A stretch of 64,000 nt of DNA from an uncultured Planctomycetaceae bacterium (GTDB lineage: Bacteria; Planctomycetota; Planctomycetia; Planctomycetales; Planctomycetaceae). The stretch lies in NCBI GenBank assembly GCA_964646205.1, contig CAZYAZ010000005.1, forward strand, positions 17,791-81,790, given 5' to 3'. The notes under the pieces are model-generated. The model was not told the DNA's origin and did not search any database. It saw nothing but the letters and a program-made list of their open reading frames with translations. Of the stretch, positions 45,397 to 54,171 are shown in pieces; position 1 is the stretch's first letter; every line of letters begins with the position of its first letter. Position numbers and translations under genes: made by a program.

Positions 45397-46728
45397 TCAG
45401 GCTTTCAATCCTAATGTCGCCCGGGCGACTCGCAAAACGTTTCCTCCAATGATCTTTCGGATGTCATCATCGCTGTGCCCGCGTTGAACAAGTCCGACGG
45501 TGAAAAGAGGCCAGTTGGTCCATGCGATGCTTCGGGAAGCGCCAGCCGCCGCGCGGTAATTGTCGGCCGGCCACAACGAACGGAATTCTCGACGTCGTCT
45601 GGGGCGGGAAGGGACTTTTTTGCTCTCTGCCGCCGCATTTTGCGAGGTGTAGGCGACATCGGTTCCGAGTGTGACGTGGTCGACTCCGACCGTTTTGACG
45701 ACGTGGTCGACGTGGTCCAACAGTGCATTGATGTCGCCTTGTCCCCGGAGAAATCTGGAAATGCAACAGATGCCAACGTAGCCACCGGTGTCGGCTATCG
45801 CCTTGATCACCTCGTCGGGTTTGCTGCGGATATGGGGGAACAACTTGCCGCAGGTGGTATGACTAGCCACGACGGGTTTTTCGGAGACTTTTGCGGCTTC
45901 GAGGCTGGTTTGCCAGCCCGAGTGAGCACAGTCAGGGATCACACCCACACGGTTCATCTCGGCGATCACGGCACGGCCGAAGTCGCTCAGGCCGGCGTTG
46001 GCTTTCTCGGCGCATCCGTCGCCAATCATGTTGCGTCTCTGGTAGGTGAGGTGCATCATGCGAATCCCCAGTTGAAAGAAGATTTTCAAGTACCGCAGTT
46101 CGTCGGGGATCGAGTCCCATTGCTGAGTCAATGGGACCCCATTGCCGGTGAAATAAAGGCTGTGGCGACCGTTCTGTTTGGCTAGAACCACGTCGTTGGG
46201 GAGAGCTGCCTTGGAGACCACATCTCCAAGCATGTCGGTCGCGTAAGTGAAACGCGCCAGTCTCTTGATGAGCCGCAGCGGGTCTTGTCCCTCTTCTCCG
46301 GCATTCTGAAAGATGCAGGTGACTCCTGATGCCCGCCAGGCGTCCCGGTATTCGCGTTGCTCACCTGGATTGGTGACATAGCGGGTCATGGACATTTCTT
46401 CGCGAAGGTCCTTGAGTTCCCGGTCAGAAGCACCGCCGGTCACGGCAGCGGCGTACCGTGTTCCGTCCAAGGCGGCCCGGGGTGAAAAACCATAGCCGTC
46501 GAAGACGATGGATTCGGCGTGAAGCCGGAGGCCCCGTTCGAGCGTGCGAGCATCAGGCTTCAGAAGTTTGAGTGCGGCTTGTCGATCTGCAGTGATTCGA
46601 GGGTTCAGTGCGCGGGTCAACTCACCGGATGCATCGCGGTTTTCGGCTGTGCTCAGAGAGGTGGCTGCGGTGGCTGCGGTGGCTGCGGTGAGGCCGGCAG
46701 TCCCGGCGAGAAATTTGCGGCGATCCAT
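45397..46728 (-). CDS. membrane-dipeptidase family (peptidase M19) protein, Tat signal
   Basis: MDRRKFLAGTAGLTAATAATAATSLS is a Tat signal. VIPDCAHSGWQTSLEAAKVSEKPVVASHT, VTLGTDV and the IIGGNVLRV C-terminal motif are typical of renal-dipeptidase-like enzymes. Confidence 0.8.
   Translation of the reverse strand: MDRRKFLAGTAGLTAATAATAATSLSTAENRDASGELTRALNPRITADRQAALKLLKPDARTLERGLRLHAESIVFDGYGFSPRAALDGTRYAAAVTGGASDRELKDLREEMSMTRYVTNPGEQREYRDAWRASGVTCIFQNAGEEGQDPLRLIKRLARFTYATDMLGDVVSKAALPNDVVLAKQNGRHSLYFTGNGVPLTQQWDSIPDELRYLKIFFQLGIRMMHLTYQRRNMIGDGCAEKANAGLSDFGRAVIAEMNRVGVIPDCAHSGWQTSLEAAKVSEKPVVASHTTCGKLFPHIRSKPDEVIKAIADTGGYVGICCISRFLRGQGDINALLDHVDHVVKTVGVDHVTLGTDVAYTSQNAAAESKKVPSRPRRRREFRSLWPADNYRAAAGASRSIAWTNWPLFTVGLVQRGHSDDDIRKIIGGNVLRVARATLGLKA
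46661..46690. repeat. 9-bp tandem repeat GTGGCTGCG x3.3 inside the dipeptidase signal-peptide coding region
   Basis: Read directly. It encodes the (TAA)n run in the Tat signal on the minus strand. Confidence 0.9.
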
Positions 46729-46910
46729 GGTGAGTTACTTTCGAGAGATCAACGAGTACGTTTCCGCGGGTCATCGTCTCTGAAACGGCAAAGAAATCAA
46801 TGATGTTGCGATTTCTTCTCTCGGAGCGGAGTTGGAATTGTGGGTCGTGCCAATAGGAATTCGGGTATCATCGTTGTTGATCGGTTGGTTGTGAGTAGGG
46901 GACTAGACGC

Positions 46911-48260
46911 GTGATCGAGGTTGGGTCATTTCGCAGCCAAGACTGTCGCGGCGTGTCCCGGCGGACGTTGTTGCGTTTCGGTGCAAGTTTGCCGTTGGTC
47001 GCTGCGGGCGGTGGCCAGGTCGACAGTGATGTTCCGACATCAATCGGACCGGCTCGTTCAGTGATCCTGTTGTGGTTGTGGGGTGGTCCAAGTCACCTGG
47101 ACACATTCGATCCCAAGCCCGAGGCTCCCCAGGAAATTCGGGGACCATTTGCAACGCTGGAAACGCGAACACCCGGATTGCAGGTCAGCGAGTTGTTTCC
47201 TGGTTTGGCGAATCGGAGTGACCGATTCTCGATAGTTCGGTCGCACCACAATCACACGGCTATCCATCGGGTCGCGGGATCGATCGCACTTTCGGGTGAC
47301 AAAGGAGCTTCGGGTGATTCCGATTACGGTCCGACGGTTGGTTCCATCGTGCAGCGTCATCGTGGTGGCGACGGTGCGTTGCCCCGGTTTGTGAGTATTA
47401 CGCCCGGTCCGTTGAAAACGGCGCTCGGTTCAGTCCAGGGAGCCGGGGGCGGCCGCTGGGGGCGGGCCTACGATCCTGTGGCAGTCCGTTGTTCAGATAC
47501 GGGACAGGTCGACATCCCGTCGCTTCGTTTGCTTGAGGGGCTGCAATTGGAACGGTTGGCGGATCGTCGTTTGCTTCTGGGCATTCTGGACCGTTCGACC
47601 TCGATGGCTGCCGATGTGAAGTCGGCGGCCTGGTCAGACAGTTTCGCACGGGCGTACCGGTTGCTGACGTCGGTTGAAGGGCGTCGTGTGTTTGATCTTT
47701 CTCGCGAGACGCCGCGGACTCGCGGTCGGTATGGGGCCAGCGTGTTTGGGCAGGGATGCTTGATGGCACGCAGATTGGTTGAAGCAAAAGTGCCTTTTGT
47801 GCAGGTCAACTGGAGCCAGTATGTCGAGAACATCTACGGCACGCGGACCGATTTCGGATGGGACACCCACTGGTTGAACTTCGAACACATGGCCGATCGT
47901 CATGGCCCGATTCTCGATCGAGCGGTCTCGGCGCTGTTGGATGACTTGGCCGACCGGGGGTTGTTGGAGGAAACACTCGTGGTTGCCATCGGCGAATTTG
48001 GTCGCACCCCCAAGATTTCTGCCAACGGGGGCCGTGATCATTGGCCGGCGGTGTACAGTTCGTTGTGGGCAGGTGGAGGAGTGATTCCCGGCCAGGTCAT
48101 TGGTGCAAGTGACAGCAGGGCATACGCCGCGGTGACAGAACCAGTCACGCCTGACATGGTCGTGACCACGATCCTGCAGCAGGCGGGGGTCGACACAGAA
48201 AATCGGGCTCGGTTGCGGGTGTTTGAAGAGGGGCGGGTGATTGACGGGCTGGTGTCGTGA
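46911..48260 (+). CDS. DUF1501-domain protein
   Basis: GTG start. SQDCRGVSRRTLLRFGASL. C-terminal block VVAIGEFGRTPKISANGGRDHWPAVYSSLWAGGGVIPG. Confidence 0.85.
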   Translation: MIEVGSFRSQDCRGVSRRTLLRFGASLPLVAAGGGQVDSDVPTSIGPARSVILLWLWGGPSHLDTFDPKPEAPQEIRGPFATLETRTPGLQVSELFPGLANRSDRFSIVRSHHNHTAIHRVAGSIALSGDKGASGDSDYGPTVGSIVQRHRGGDGALPRFVSITPGPLKTALGSVQGAGGGRWGRAYDPVAVRCSDTGQVDIPSLRLLEGLQLERLADRRLLLGILDRSTSMAADVKSAAWSDSFARAYRLLTSVEGRRVFDLSRETPRTRGRYGASVFGQGCLMARRLVEAKVPFVQVNWSQYVENIYGTRTDFGWDTHWLNFEHMADRHGPILDRAVSALLDDLADRGLLEETLVVAIGEFGRTPKISANGGRDHWPAVYSSLWAGGGVIPGQVIGASDSRAYAAVTEPVTPDMVVTTILQQAGVDTENRARLRVFEEGRVIDGLVS

Positions 48261-49147
48261 GGTCGGTTCGAAGGCGGAGATTGAATTGCTGGATGCTGTT
48301 GTGCTGTCTGTCGGCCTCCGGACTCGATGCCGGAGAACTGGTGTCGCTGACCACTGATGGACGAAACAAGCGGGACCCGATTTATGTCGATGGTGGTCGA
48401 CGGGTTGTTTACACGGTTCAGTCCGATGCGCCGCGTCTGGTGCTGATGACGCTCGATCGCAAGACACTCGTGTCTCGGCGACTGGCCCCGAAAGCGACCC
48501 TTCCGGAATTGAAAGCGGTGTTTTCTCGGGATGGCAGATCGCGTTCATGGTTGAGGATGACGGGAAACGACCAGGTGGCATTGGTGGTGAAGCTGAAAGC
48601 CGGCGATGGTGAGCGGGCCATCAAGACTGCCAAGTCGGTGGCCTGGAGTCCTTCGATGTCGCCGGACGCACGTCACGTCGTGTTCAATCTCGCCGGCCAG
48701 TTGGTCGTCCACGAGATCGCGACGGGGAAAAATCGGAGCCTGGCAGTTTCGGGTGGCCGCAACGATTGGCCTGCAGTGTCGCCAGACGGTCGCCGTGTGG
48801 CTTTTGGGTCGAGCCGTAGCGGAGATGTCGAACTGTACGTGGTTGATTTCGACGGTCAGAACTTGAGGAGGCTGACCAGTCGCAAGGGATTGGACATGCG
48901 TCCGTCGTGGTCCGCCGATGGGCGGTTTCTGGCTTTCACTTCGGTGCGGGCCGGAAACTACGAGATCAGTGTGCTGTCGGTGAACAGTGGGGACGCGACC
49001 GACCTGGTCAACGTGTCTGCCCATGCCGAACGGGATGATTTTGTGACATGGCACCCGCAGGGCCAACGCTTGCTGTGGGTGGCCGAGAGAGACGGGCGTC
49101 ACGACCTGGTCGAGCGTGCGTGGCCGAAGAAAGAGCGAGACCAATGA
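48257..49147 (+). CDS. TolB-like WD40/PD40 beta-propeller repeat protein, secreted
   Basis: GTGA overlap with the DUF1501 stop. PD40-type units: WSPSMSPDARHVVF, PAVSPDGRRVAFGSSRSGDVELYVVDFDG, PSWSADGRFLAFTSVRAGNYEI. Confidence 0.7.
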   Translation: MRSVRRRRLNCWMLLCCLSASGLDAGELVSLTTDGRNKRDPIYVDGGRRVVYTVQSDAPRLVLMTLDRKTLVSRRLAPKATLPELKAVFSRDGRSRSWLRMTGNDQVALVVKLKAGDGERAIKTAKSVAWSPSMSPDARHVVFNLAGQLVVHEIATGKNRSLAVSGGRNDWPAVSPDGRRVAFGSSRSGDVELYVVDFDGQNLRRLTSRKGLDMRPSWSADGRFLAFTSVRAGNYEISVLSVNSGDATDLVNVSAHAERDDFVTWHPQGQRLLWVAERDGRHDLVERAWPKKERDQ

Positions 49148-49192
49148 CGCTCATTCGTTTGCGAGTGCGCTGGGGACCTGGGGATCCCGAGT

Positions 49193-51319
49193 TCACTTCT
49201 TGGCGGCCGGGTTTTTGCTGTCCGGTTCGGGCCAGTCGATGGTCACCTCCGCAGTGAAGACACCGTTGGGGTCACCTCGCTCCTGGAGGGTGGTCGACAG
49301 GGCGGCGAGAGTTCTTGGCACGACCGCCTCGTGCAACTTGAGCTTTCCGGACTGGATGCGGATCGGTTTGTCGAGGTCGAGCATCTTGTCGTCCAGTCGA
49401 ATCGTGAGTCGCTTGACGGGACTGGTTTCGATGTTGATCGTCTGCCCCTTGCGGTTGGCGATTAGCGTCGATCGGCCCTTGCGATTCTTTGAGTCGACTG
49501 CGAGCCAATAGAATCGCGAGTGTGTCACATCGTCCTGCCTCCAGACGATTCGTTCCGGGTGAAGATTGCGCCGGAACTTGGCCATCCAGGGGACGGCGGC
49601 CGCATCAAGCCGGTCCATCCAGTGTCCCTTGTTGGGGTAGATTTTGACCAGGTGAGGATATCCCTTGGGGTCGGCCTTGCGGAGTGCGTCAAGTTGTTGG
49701 CCCCACGACGCGGCAACCTTGTTTCTGTTGTAGGCGCTGTCCCGGCCACCCATGTGGATGGTGAAGCCGATGTTCCGCAACGAGTGCGGTGTCGAATCGT
49801 TGGGGTGGCCAGCCATCATTGCTGCGGCAGCCAGACGGTCGGCCATCCGCGGGGCGACCTGGTAGACTCCGTCACCGCCAGCAGAGTAGCCCATCAGGTA
49901 CACCCGGTCGGGATCAACATCTTCGAAGACAATGAGATTCTCGATCAGGCGGTCGAACAGTGGGTCGATGTGACCCTGGTGCCAGAGGTTCCAGGTGTTG
50001 GTCGGCGCACGGGGGGCGAGATAAACACCTTCGGCGGGCTTGTAGAGTCGCTTCTGGTTGTTCCATTGCCCGTCGTTGACCGCCTTGGGTGTACCACCAC
50101 CTCCGTGGAGTGAGATGTAGAGGCTGCGACCGTTCTTGGGCTTTTTTCCATAGATGATGTAATGAAAGGGCATCTTGTGGCTGCCGTGGGTGAGGACACG
50201 AGCTTTCATTTCTGCCGCGCGGTCGGCGCGGATCATCTTCACGTGATCGGTCCACAGTAGCTTCTTGGCCTTGGCCGCGTCCGGCTTGGTCAGAGCGGCC
50301 TTTGCAAAGTCTTGCTTGGCCAGTGGTGGACGTTTGTCTCGAGGCTGTTTGAGCCAGGTTGCCAGGGATTTCAAGGCAATGGCCGACACCGCCGCATCGG
50401 GGCCGGTCGGGACTGTTTTCCGGGGCAGGTAGCGGCTGGTCACGTTGACCGCGTGGACGAAGGTGGCCTTTGGCAACCAGACCATGGGAAACGAACGGCC
50501 CGTGGGCTTGTAACTGGTTGCAAAAATTGCGTGCTGCGGATGGTCGGCCTGGGCTTTGGCAGCTCGCCCGAGAAACCAGCCGCGGTCCAACTGGTTGCCG
50601 GTGGGCTCGGCGGCACCGGTGAAGTGCCAGCCGCCCTTGTGGTAGACCTCGATCCACGAGTGGTTTCCTGAACCGTCTGCCCAGAGAGGGGTGCCAACGA
50701 AACGAGCCGGGACGCCGACTGCGCGGCAGGCGTCGATCAACAGGACGCTGAGGCCCGTACAGCTTGCCAAACCGGATTCGATCGATTCGTAAGGACTCTG
50801 GTCAGCCTTGGGACGACCGGTGGAGTACCGGACCTTGACCTTGCCGAAAATTGTCCGGTTGAGCAGCGTGGCCGCCTCGCCAGGGGTCTTGGCCTTTGCG
50901 ACCACCGGACTGAATCGCTTGTAAAAGTCTGCCCTCCAGTTGTCCCGTCGTTCGTTGATGCTGGCATAGGGAAGCACGTCGTTGAAAAATACCGCTTCGG
51001 GGACCTGTTCGGTCCATGCCGAGTCTCGCCAGGCCTTGTATGCGAAGCGGGTTTGATCGAGCAAAAACGTGGCTGTCAATGACTGCAGATCCCGTTCGGG
51101 CATGTAGGCCACCAGGAATCTCATGCCCGGTTTTTGGTCGGTGGGAGCCTGGTCGAGGGCTTTTTGGATCTCAGCTCGATTCTTTCCGGCTTTGAGCAGC
51201 GAGGTGGTGAGTTGTTTCTCGGAGACTTTTTCGGTGGCTGGCGCAGCCGTCAGCAACGATGGTGCGAGTGTCAGAATGATTGCCGAGGACAGCCAGCGAC
51301 GAGAAAGAGTGTGGCTCAT
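49193..51319 (-). CDS. fusion protein: transglutaminase-like cysteine-protease core + alpha/beta-hydrolase (esterase/peptidase S9-like)
   Basis: ATG 51319 gives MSHTLSRRWLSSAIILTLAPSLLTAAPA (signal). SGLASCTGLSVLLIDACRAVGVPARFVG...GNHSWIEVY is the transglutaminase Cys/His core. LMGYSAGGDG (GxSxG) lies in the C-terminal half. Confidence 0.65.
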   Translation of the reverse strand: MSHTLSRRWLSSAIILTLAPSLLTAAPATEKVSEKQLTTSLLKAGKNRAEIQKALDQAPTDQKPGMRFLVAYMPERDLQSLTATFLLDQTRFAYKAWRDSAWTEQVPEAVFFNDVLPYASINERRDNWRADFYKRFSPVVAKAKTPGEAATLLNRTIFGKVKVRYSTGRPKADQSPYESIESGLASCTGLSVLLIDACRAVGVPARFVGTPLWADGSGNHSWIEVYHKGGWHFTGAAEPTGNQLDRGWFLGRAAKAQADHPQHAIFATSYKPTGRSFPMVWLPKATFVHAVNVTSRYLPRKTVPTGPDAAVSAIALKSLATWLKQPRDKRPPLAKQDFAKAALTKPDAAKAKKLLWTDHVKMIRADRAAEMKARVLTHGSHKMPFHYIIYGKKPKNGRSLYISLHGGGGTPKAVNDGQWNNQKRLYKPAEGVYLAPRAPTNTWNLWHQGHIDPLFDRLIENLIVFEDVDPDRVYLMGYSAGGDGVYQVAPRMADRLAAAAMMAGHPNDSTPHSLRNIGFTIHMGGRDSAYNRNKVAASWGQQLDALRKADPKGYPHLVKIYPNKGHWMDRLDAAAVPWMAKFRRNLHPERIVWRQDDVTHSRFYWLAVDSKNRKGRSTLIANRKGQTINIETSPVKRLTIRLDDKMLDLDKPIRIQSGKLKLHEAVVPRTLAALSTTLQERGDPNGVFTAEVTIDWPEPDSKNPAAKK

Positions 51320-51521
51320 TGTGGACTCGTGAGGAATGCTGCGAGGAATTCGAAACAGGACCGTCGAGTCTACTTGGGTGGGTGGTTGGGTACCAGTTGT
51401 TACCGGCACCGTGATGCAAAGCGGCTGTCAGTTGGTCACAATCGTCGCTGGCAACTTTGTGCGATTTTTGCCGATCCATCGGTGGGACGGCCCGGGTAGT
51501 GAATTGGGAAGGTTGATCGTG

Positions 51522-53039
51522 ATGCGAAGTTCTTCAGTGATTCTGGCGTGGGCGCTCGGGCTGTTGCTGATGGGTACAGCCGGGGCTGTTGAACCGTTGA
51601 ATCTTGGCGAGCAACGCGAGTTGATGTTTGATGGGCACCTGTTCAGTTCAGTGAGAGGGTTGAGTTTCAGGCAGCACCGCCCTGTGGAACGTGAGACATC
51701 CCTGGATTTCTCTGCTCCCTGGGAGGGCCGCCGAGATTTTGGAATTTCGGTGACGGGATACGCAACCGTGCTGACCGAACCCGGACGGTTCCGGATGTAC
51801 TACGCGTCGTGGTACGGCCATCGACTGAAGCCCGGTGATCCGGAGCAGCAGTTCACCGGTTATTGTGAAAGTCGTGACGGAATTGACTGGGTGCGGCCGA
51901 AACTTGGTCGCGTTGAATTCGACGGTGACAAGCAGAACAACATACTGCTTCAGGGTGGGCCGGTGTCGCACAATTTTGCACCGTTCATCGACACCCGCCC
52001 GGGCGTGGCGGCAGACGAAAAGTACAAGGCGGTGGGGGGCAACGGCAAGGCGTACGTGTTTGGGTCTCCCGACGGGATCAAGTGGCGAAAGCTTCGGGAG
52101 ACACCCATTCTGGATGGGACCGAGAAGGCGTTCGACCGTTACGGGGCAATCCACTGGGGCAACAACCGGGCGAATCCCCGGGCAATCCTCGACTCGCACA
52201 ACCTCGCCTTCTGGGACGGCGCGCGGGGTCGGTATGTGTTCTTTTTCCGAGCGCAACTGCCGGCGTTGGATCGAGAGGGGCGCGAGGTCAAGGGAACGGT
52301 TCGCAGCGTGATGATGTGCACGTCTAAGGATTTTCGGAATTGGAGCGGTATCAAGCCAATTGACCTGGGCGTGCCCCGGCAAGCCTGGCGGACAGGGTTG
52401 TACACAACGTCGCTGCAGCCATACCCGCGCGCTCCGCAGGTGCTGATCGGGTTCCCGCTGTTGACGATTCCGCGGCGGCCGTTGAAAGGAGGCAGTTTCG
52501 GAATGAGTGAAACCGGACTGATGTATAGCCGGGATGGTGAGCGGTTCACTCTGGCCGACGAGTCGCTGATGCCGCCAGGCCGCGATATGCGGAATTGGAC
52601 AAAACACGGCAACATGTTTGCCTGGGGTTTGGCACAAACCGCCGATGACGAGTTGAGCATGTACTACCACCAGCACGATCACCAATCCACCATGCATCTG
52701 AAGCGGGCCACCATCCGGGTGGATGGATTCGTGTCGTTGCATGCCGGTCGTTATCCCGGTGGCGAGGCCATCAGTCGTCCACTGGTCTTCAGTGGTAAAG
52801 AGCTCGAGATCAACGTGGCAACGGGGGCCGGTGGGGGAGTCCGGGTGGGGCTGATCGATGCCGTCACCGGGCAGGTGATATCCGGTCTGGAGGCCAGCGA
52901 TGAGTTTTACGGTGACCAGGTGGCTCATGTGGTGCACTGGGGTGGTAAGAAGGATCTGTCGAAAATCGCGGGTCGAGCTGTGAGGCTGAAGTTGACGTTG
53001 TATGACGCGGACCTCTACTCGCTGCGGTTTCGGCCGTGA
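51522..53039 (+). CDS. putative glycoside-hydrolase-like beta-propeller protein (paralogue family A)
   Basis: ATG 51522 gives MRSSSVILAWALGLLLMGTAGAVEP (signal). QRELMFDGHLFSSVRGLSF, RVDGFVSLHAG and terminal VRLKLTLYDADLYSLRF. It is collinear with 33321..34937. Confidence 0.45.
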   Translation: MRSSSVILAWALGLLLMGTAGAVEPLNLGEQRELMFDGHLFSSVRGLSFRQHRPVERETSLDFSAPWEGRRDFGISVTGYATVLTEPGRFRMYYASWYGHRLKPGDPEQQFTGYCESRDGIDWVRPKLGRVEFDGDKQNNILLQGGPVSHNFAPFIDTRPGVAADEKYKAVGGNGKAYVFGSPDGIKWRKLRETPILDGTEKAFDRYGAIHWGNNRANPRAILDSHNLAFWDGARGRYVFFFRAQLPALDREGREVKGTVRSVMMCTSKDFRNWSGIKPIDLGVPRQAWRTGLYTTSLQPYPRAPQVLIGFPLLTIPRRPLKGGSFGMSETGLMYSRDGERFTLADESLMPPGRDMRNWTKHGNMFAWGLAQTADDELSMYYHQHDHQSTMHLKRATIRVDGFVSLHAGRYPGGEAISRPLVFSGKELEINVATGAGGGVRVGLIDAVTGQVISGLEASDEFYGDQVAHVVHWGGKKDLSKIAGRAVRLKLTLYDADLYSLRFRP

Positions 53040-53092
53040 ATTGAAAAGTTGGTGGTGACCTCCTTCGGGATGGCGAGTGACACGGGGCAAGG

Positions 53093-53884
53093 ATGGAACT
53101 GTTCGGTTTGCTGTTGTTGGCTGTCGTGCAGGGGGTGACGGAGTTTCTGCCGGTCAGTTCCTCGGGCCACCTCGTGTTGCTGGGGGTGTTGTTGGGCGGC
53201 GATTCGGTTTCAGGGGCAAACCTGGCCGACAGCTCTTTGGCACTCCACGTGGGGACACTGGTCGCGATCGTGGTGTTTTACGGTCCCGAATTGTGGCGGA
53301 TGGGCACGACGGATCGCCGGCAACTGGGGTTGCTGTTAGTCGGCAGTCTGCCGGTGGCGACAGTCGGAATTCCGTTGAAGCTGACTGGCTGGGACGAATC
53401 GTTGCACGATCCACGTTTGGCTGCGTCGTTGCTAATCGTTTCCGGATTGGTGTTGTTGCTGGGTCGGCACTGCCGGGATGAGCAGCCCGAAGGGCGGTTG
53501 ACAGTTCGTATGGCCCTGTGGATTGGATTGGTGCAGGCGGTGGCCATCCTGCCGGGACTGTCTCGCAGCGGGCTGACAATCACCGCGGGGTTGGTTGCGG
53601 GGTTGTCGTCACGTGAGGCGGCCCGTTTTAGTTTTCTACTGGCCATACCGGCAATCGGTGGGGCGGGGTTGTTGCAGGTTGTTGACTTGGCGGGTGACAG
53701 TGGCGGTTCGGTGGGAGTGCCGTTGTGGCAGTTGGGCGTTGCGACCCTGGTGGCTGCGGTGGTCGGATGGTTGTCGTTGACCGCACTGGTCGCGGTTCTC
53801 GGTCGTGGCCGACTGGCGTGGTTTGCCGTATGGTGTGTGCCCTGTGGTTTGGGGATGTTGGCCTACACGCTGACAACAATGTGA
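53093..53884 (+). CDS. uppP: undecaprenyl-diphosphate phosphatase
   Basis: MELFGLLLLAVVQGVTEFLPVSSSGHL is the BacA/UppP signature. ILPGLSRSGLTI is the second conserved motif. About 8 TM segments. Confidence 0.9.
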   Translation: MELFGLLLLAVVQGVTEFLPVSSSGHLVLLGVLLGGDSVSGANLADSSLALHVGTLVAIVVFYGPELWRMGTTDRRQLGLLLVGSLPVATVGIPLKLTGWDESLHDPRLAASLLIVSGLVLLLGRHCRDEQPEGRLTVRMALWIGLVQAVAILPGLSRSGLTITAGLVAGLSSREAARFSFLLAIPAIGGAGLLQVVDLAGDSGGSVGVPLWQLGVATLVAAVVGWLSLTALVAVLGRGRLAWFAVWCVPCGLGMLAYTLTTM

Positions 53885-53898
53885 GCGAGAGTTGCGAG

Positions 53899-54171
53899 AT
53901 GGTGACGATTCGATTGCCCGAGGGGCTGGCAAAGTACTGCGACGGGCAGCGGACGGTCGAGTTGGCAGTGGCTTCGGTTTCCGGTGCGCTCGACGAACTG
54001 GTCGAACGGTTCCCCGCCGTCGGTTCGCGACTGATGGAAGAAGATGGCAGGGTGCGGGGGCACCTGATGGTGTTGTGCAACGACCGGGCGGTCGCGGTCG
54101 ACGCCATGGCGACCCGAAACCTGGTCGCAGGTGACGAGTTGGCGGTGCTGTTCCTGGCCGGTGGCGGCTAA
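53899..54171 (+). CDS. MoaD/ThiS-family small sulfur-carrier-like protein (C-terminal Gly-Gly)
   Basis: A 90-aa product, MVTIRLPEGLAKYCDGQRTVEL...GDELAVLFLAGGG, ending in GG immediately before the stop. The track ORF 53725..54171 has an implausible upstream extension that overlaps uppP. Confidence 0.7.
   Translation: MVTIRLPEGLAKYCDGQRTVELAVASVSGALDELVERFPAVGSRLMEEDGRVRGHLMVLCNDRAVAVDAMATRNLVAGDELAVLFLAGGG

Noticed and set aside
51648-53090. 480-aa minus-strand ORF, the longest unexplained ORF in the track
   Set aside because: It is exactly antisense to the third beta-propeller paralogue. That paralogue is supported by a signal peptide and by collinearity with two other paralogues. The antisense product is His/Arg/Pro-rich with no recognisable features.
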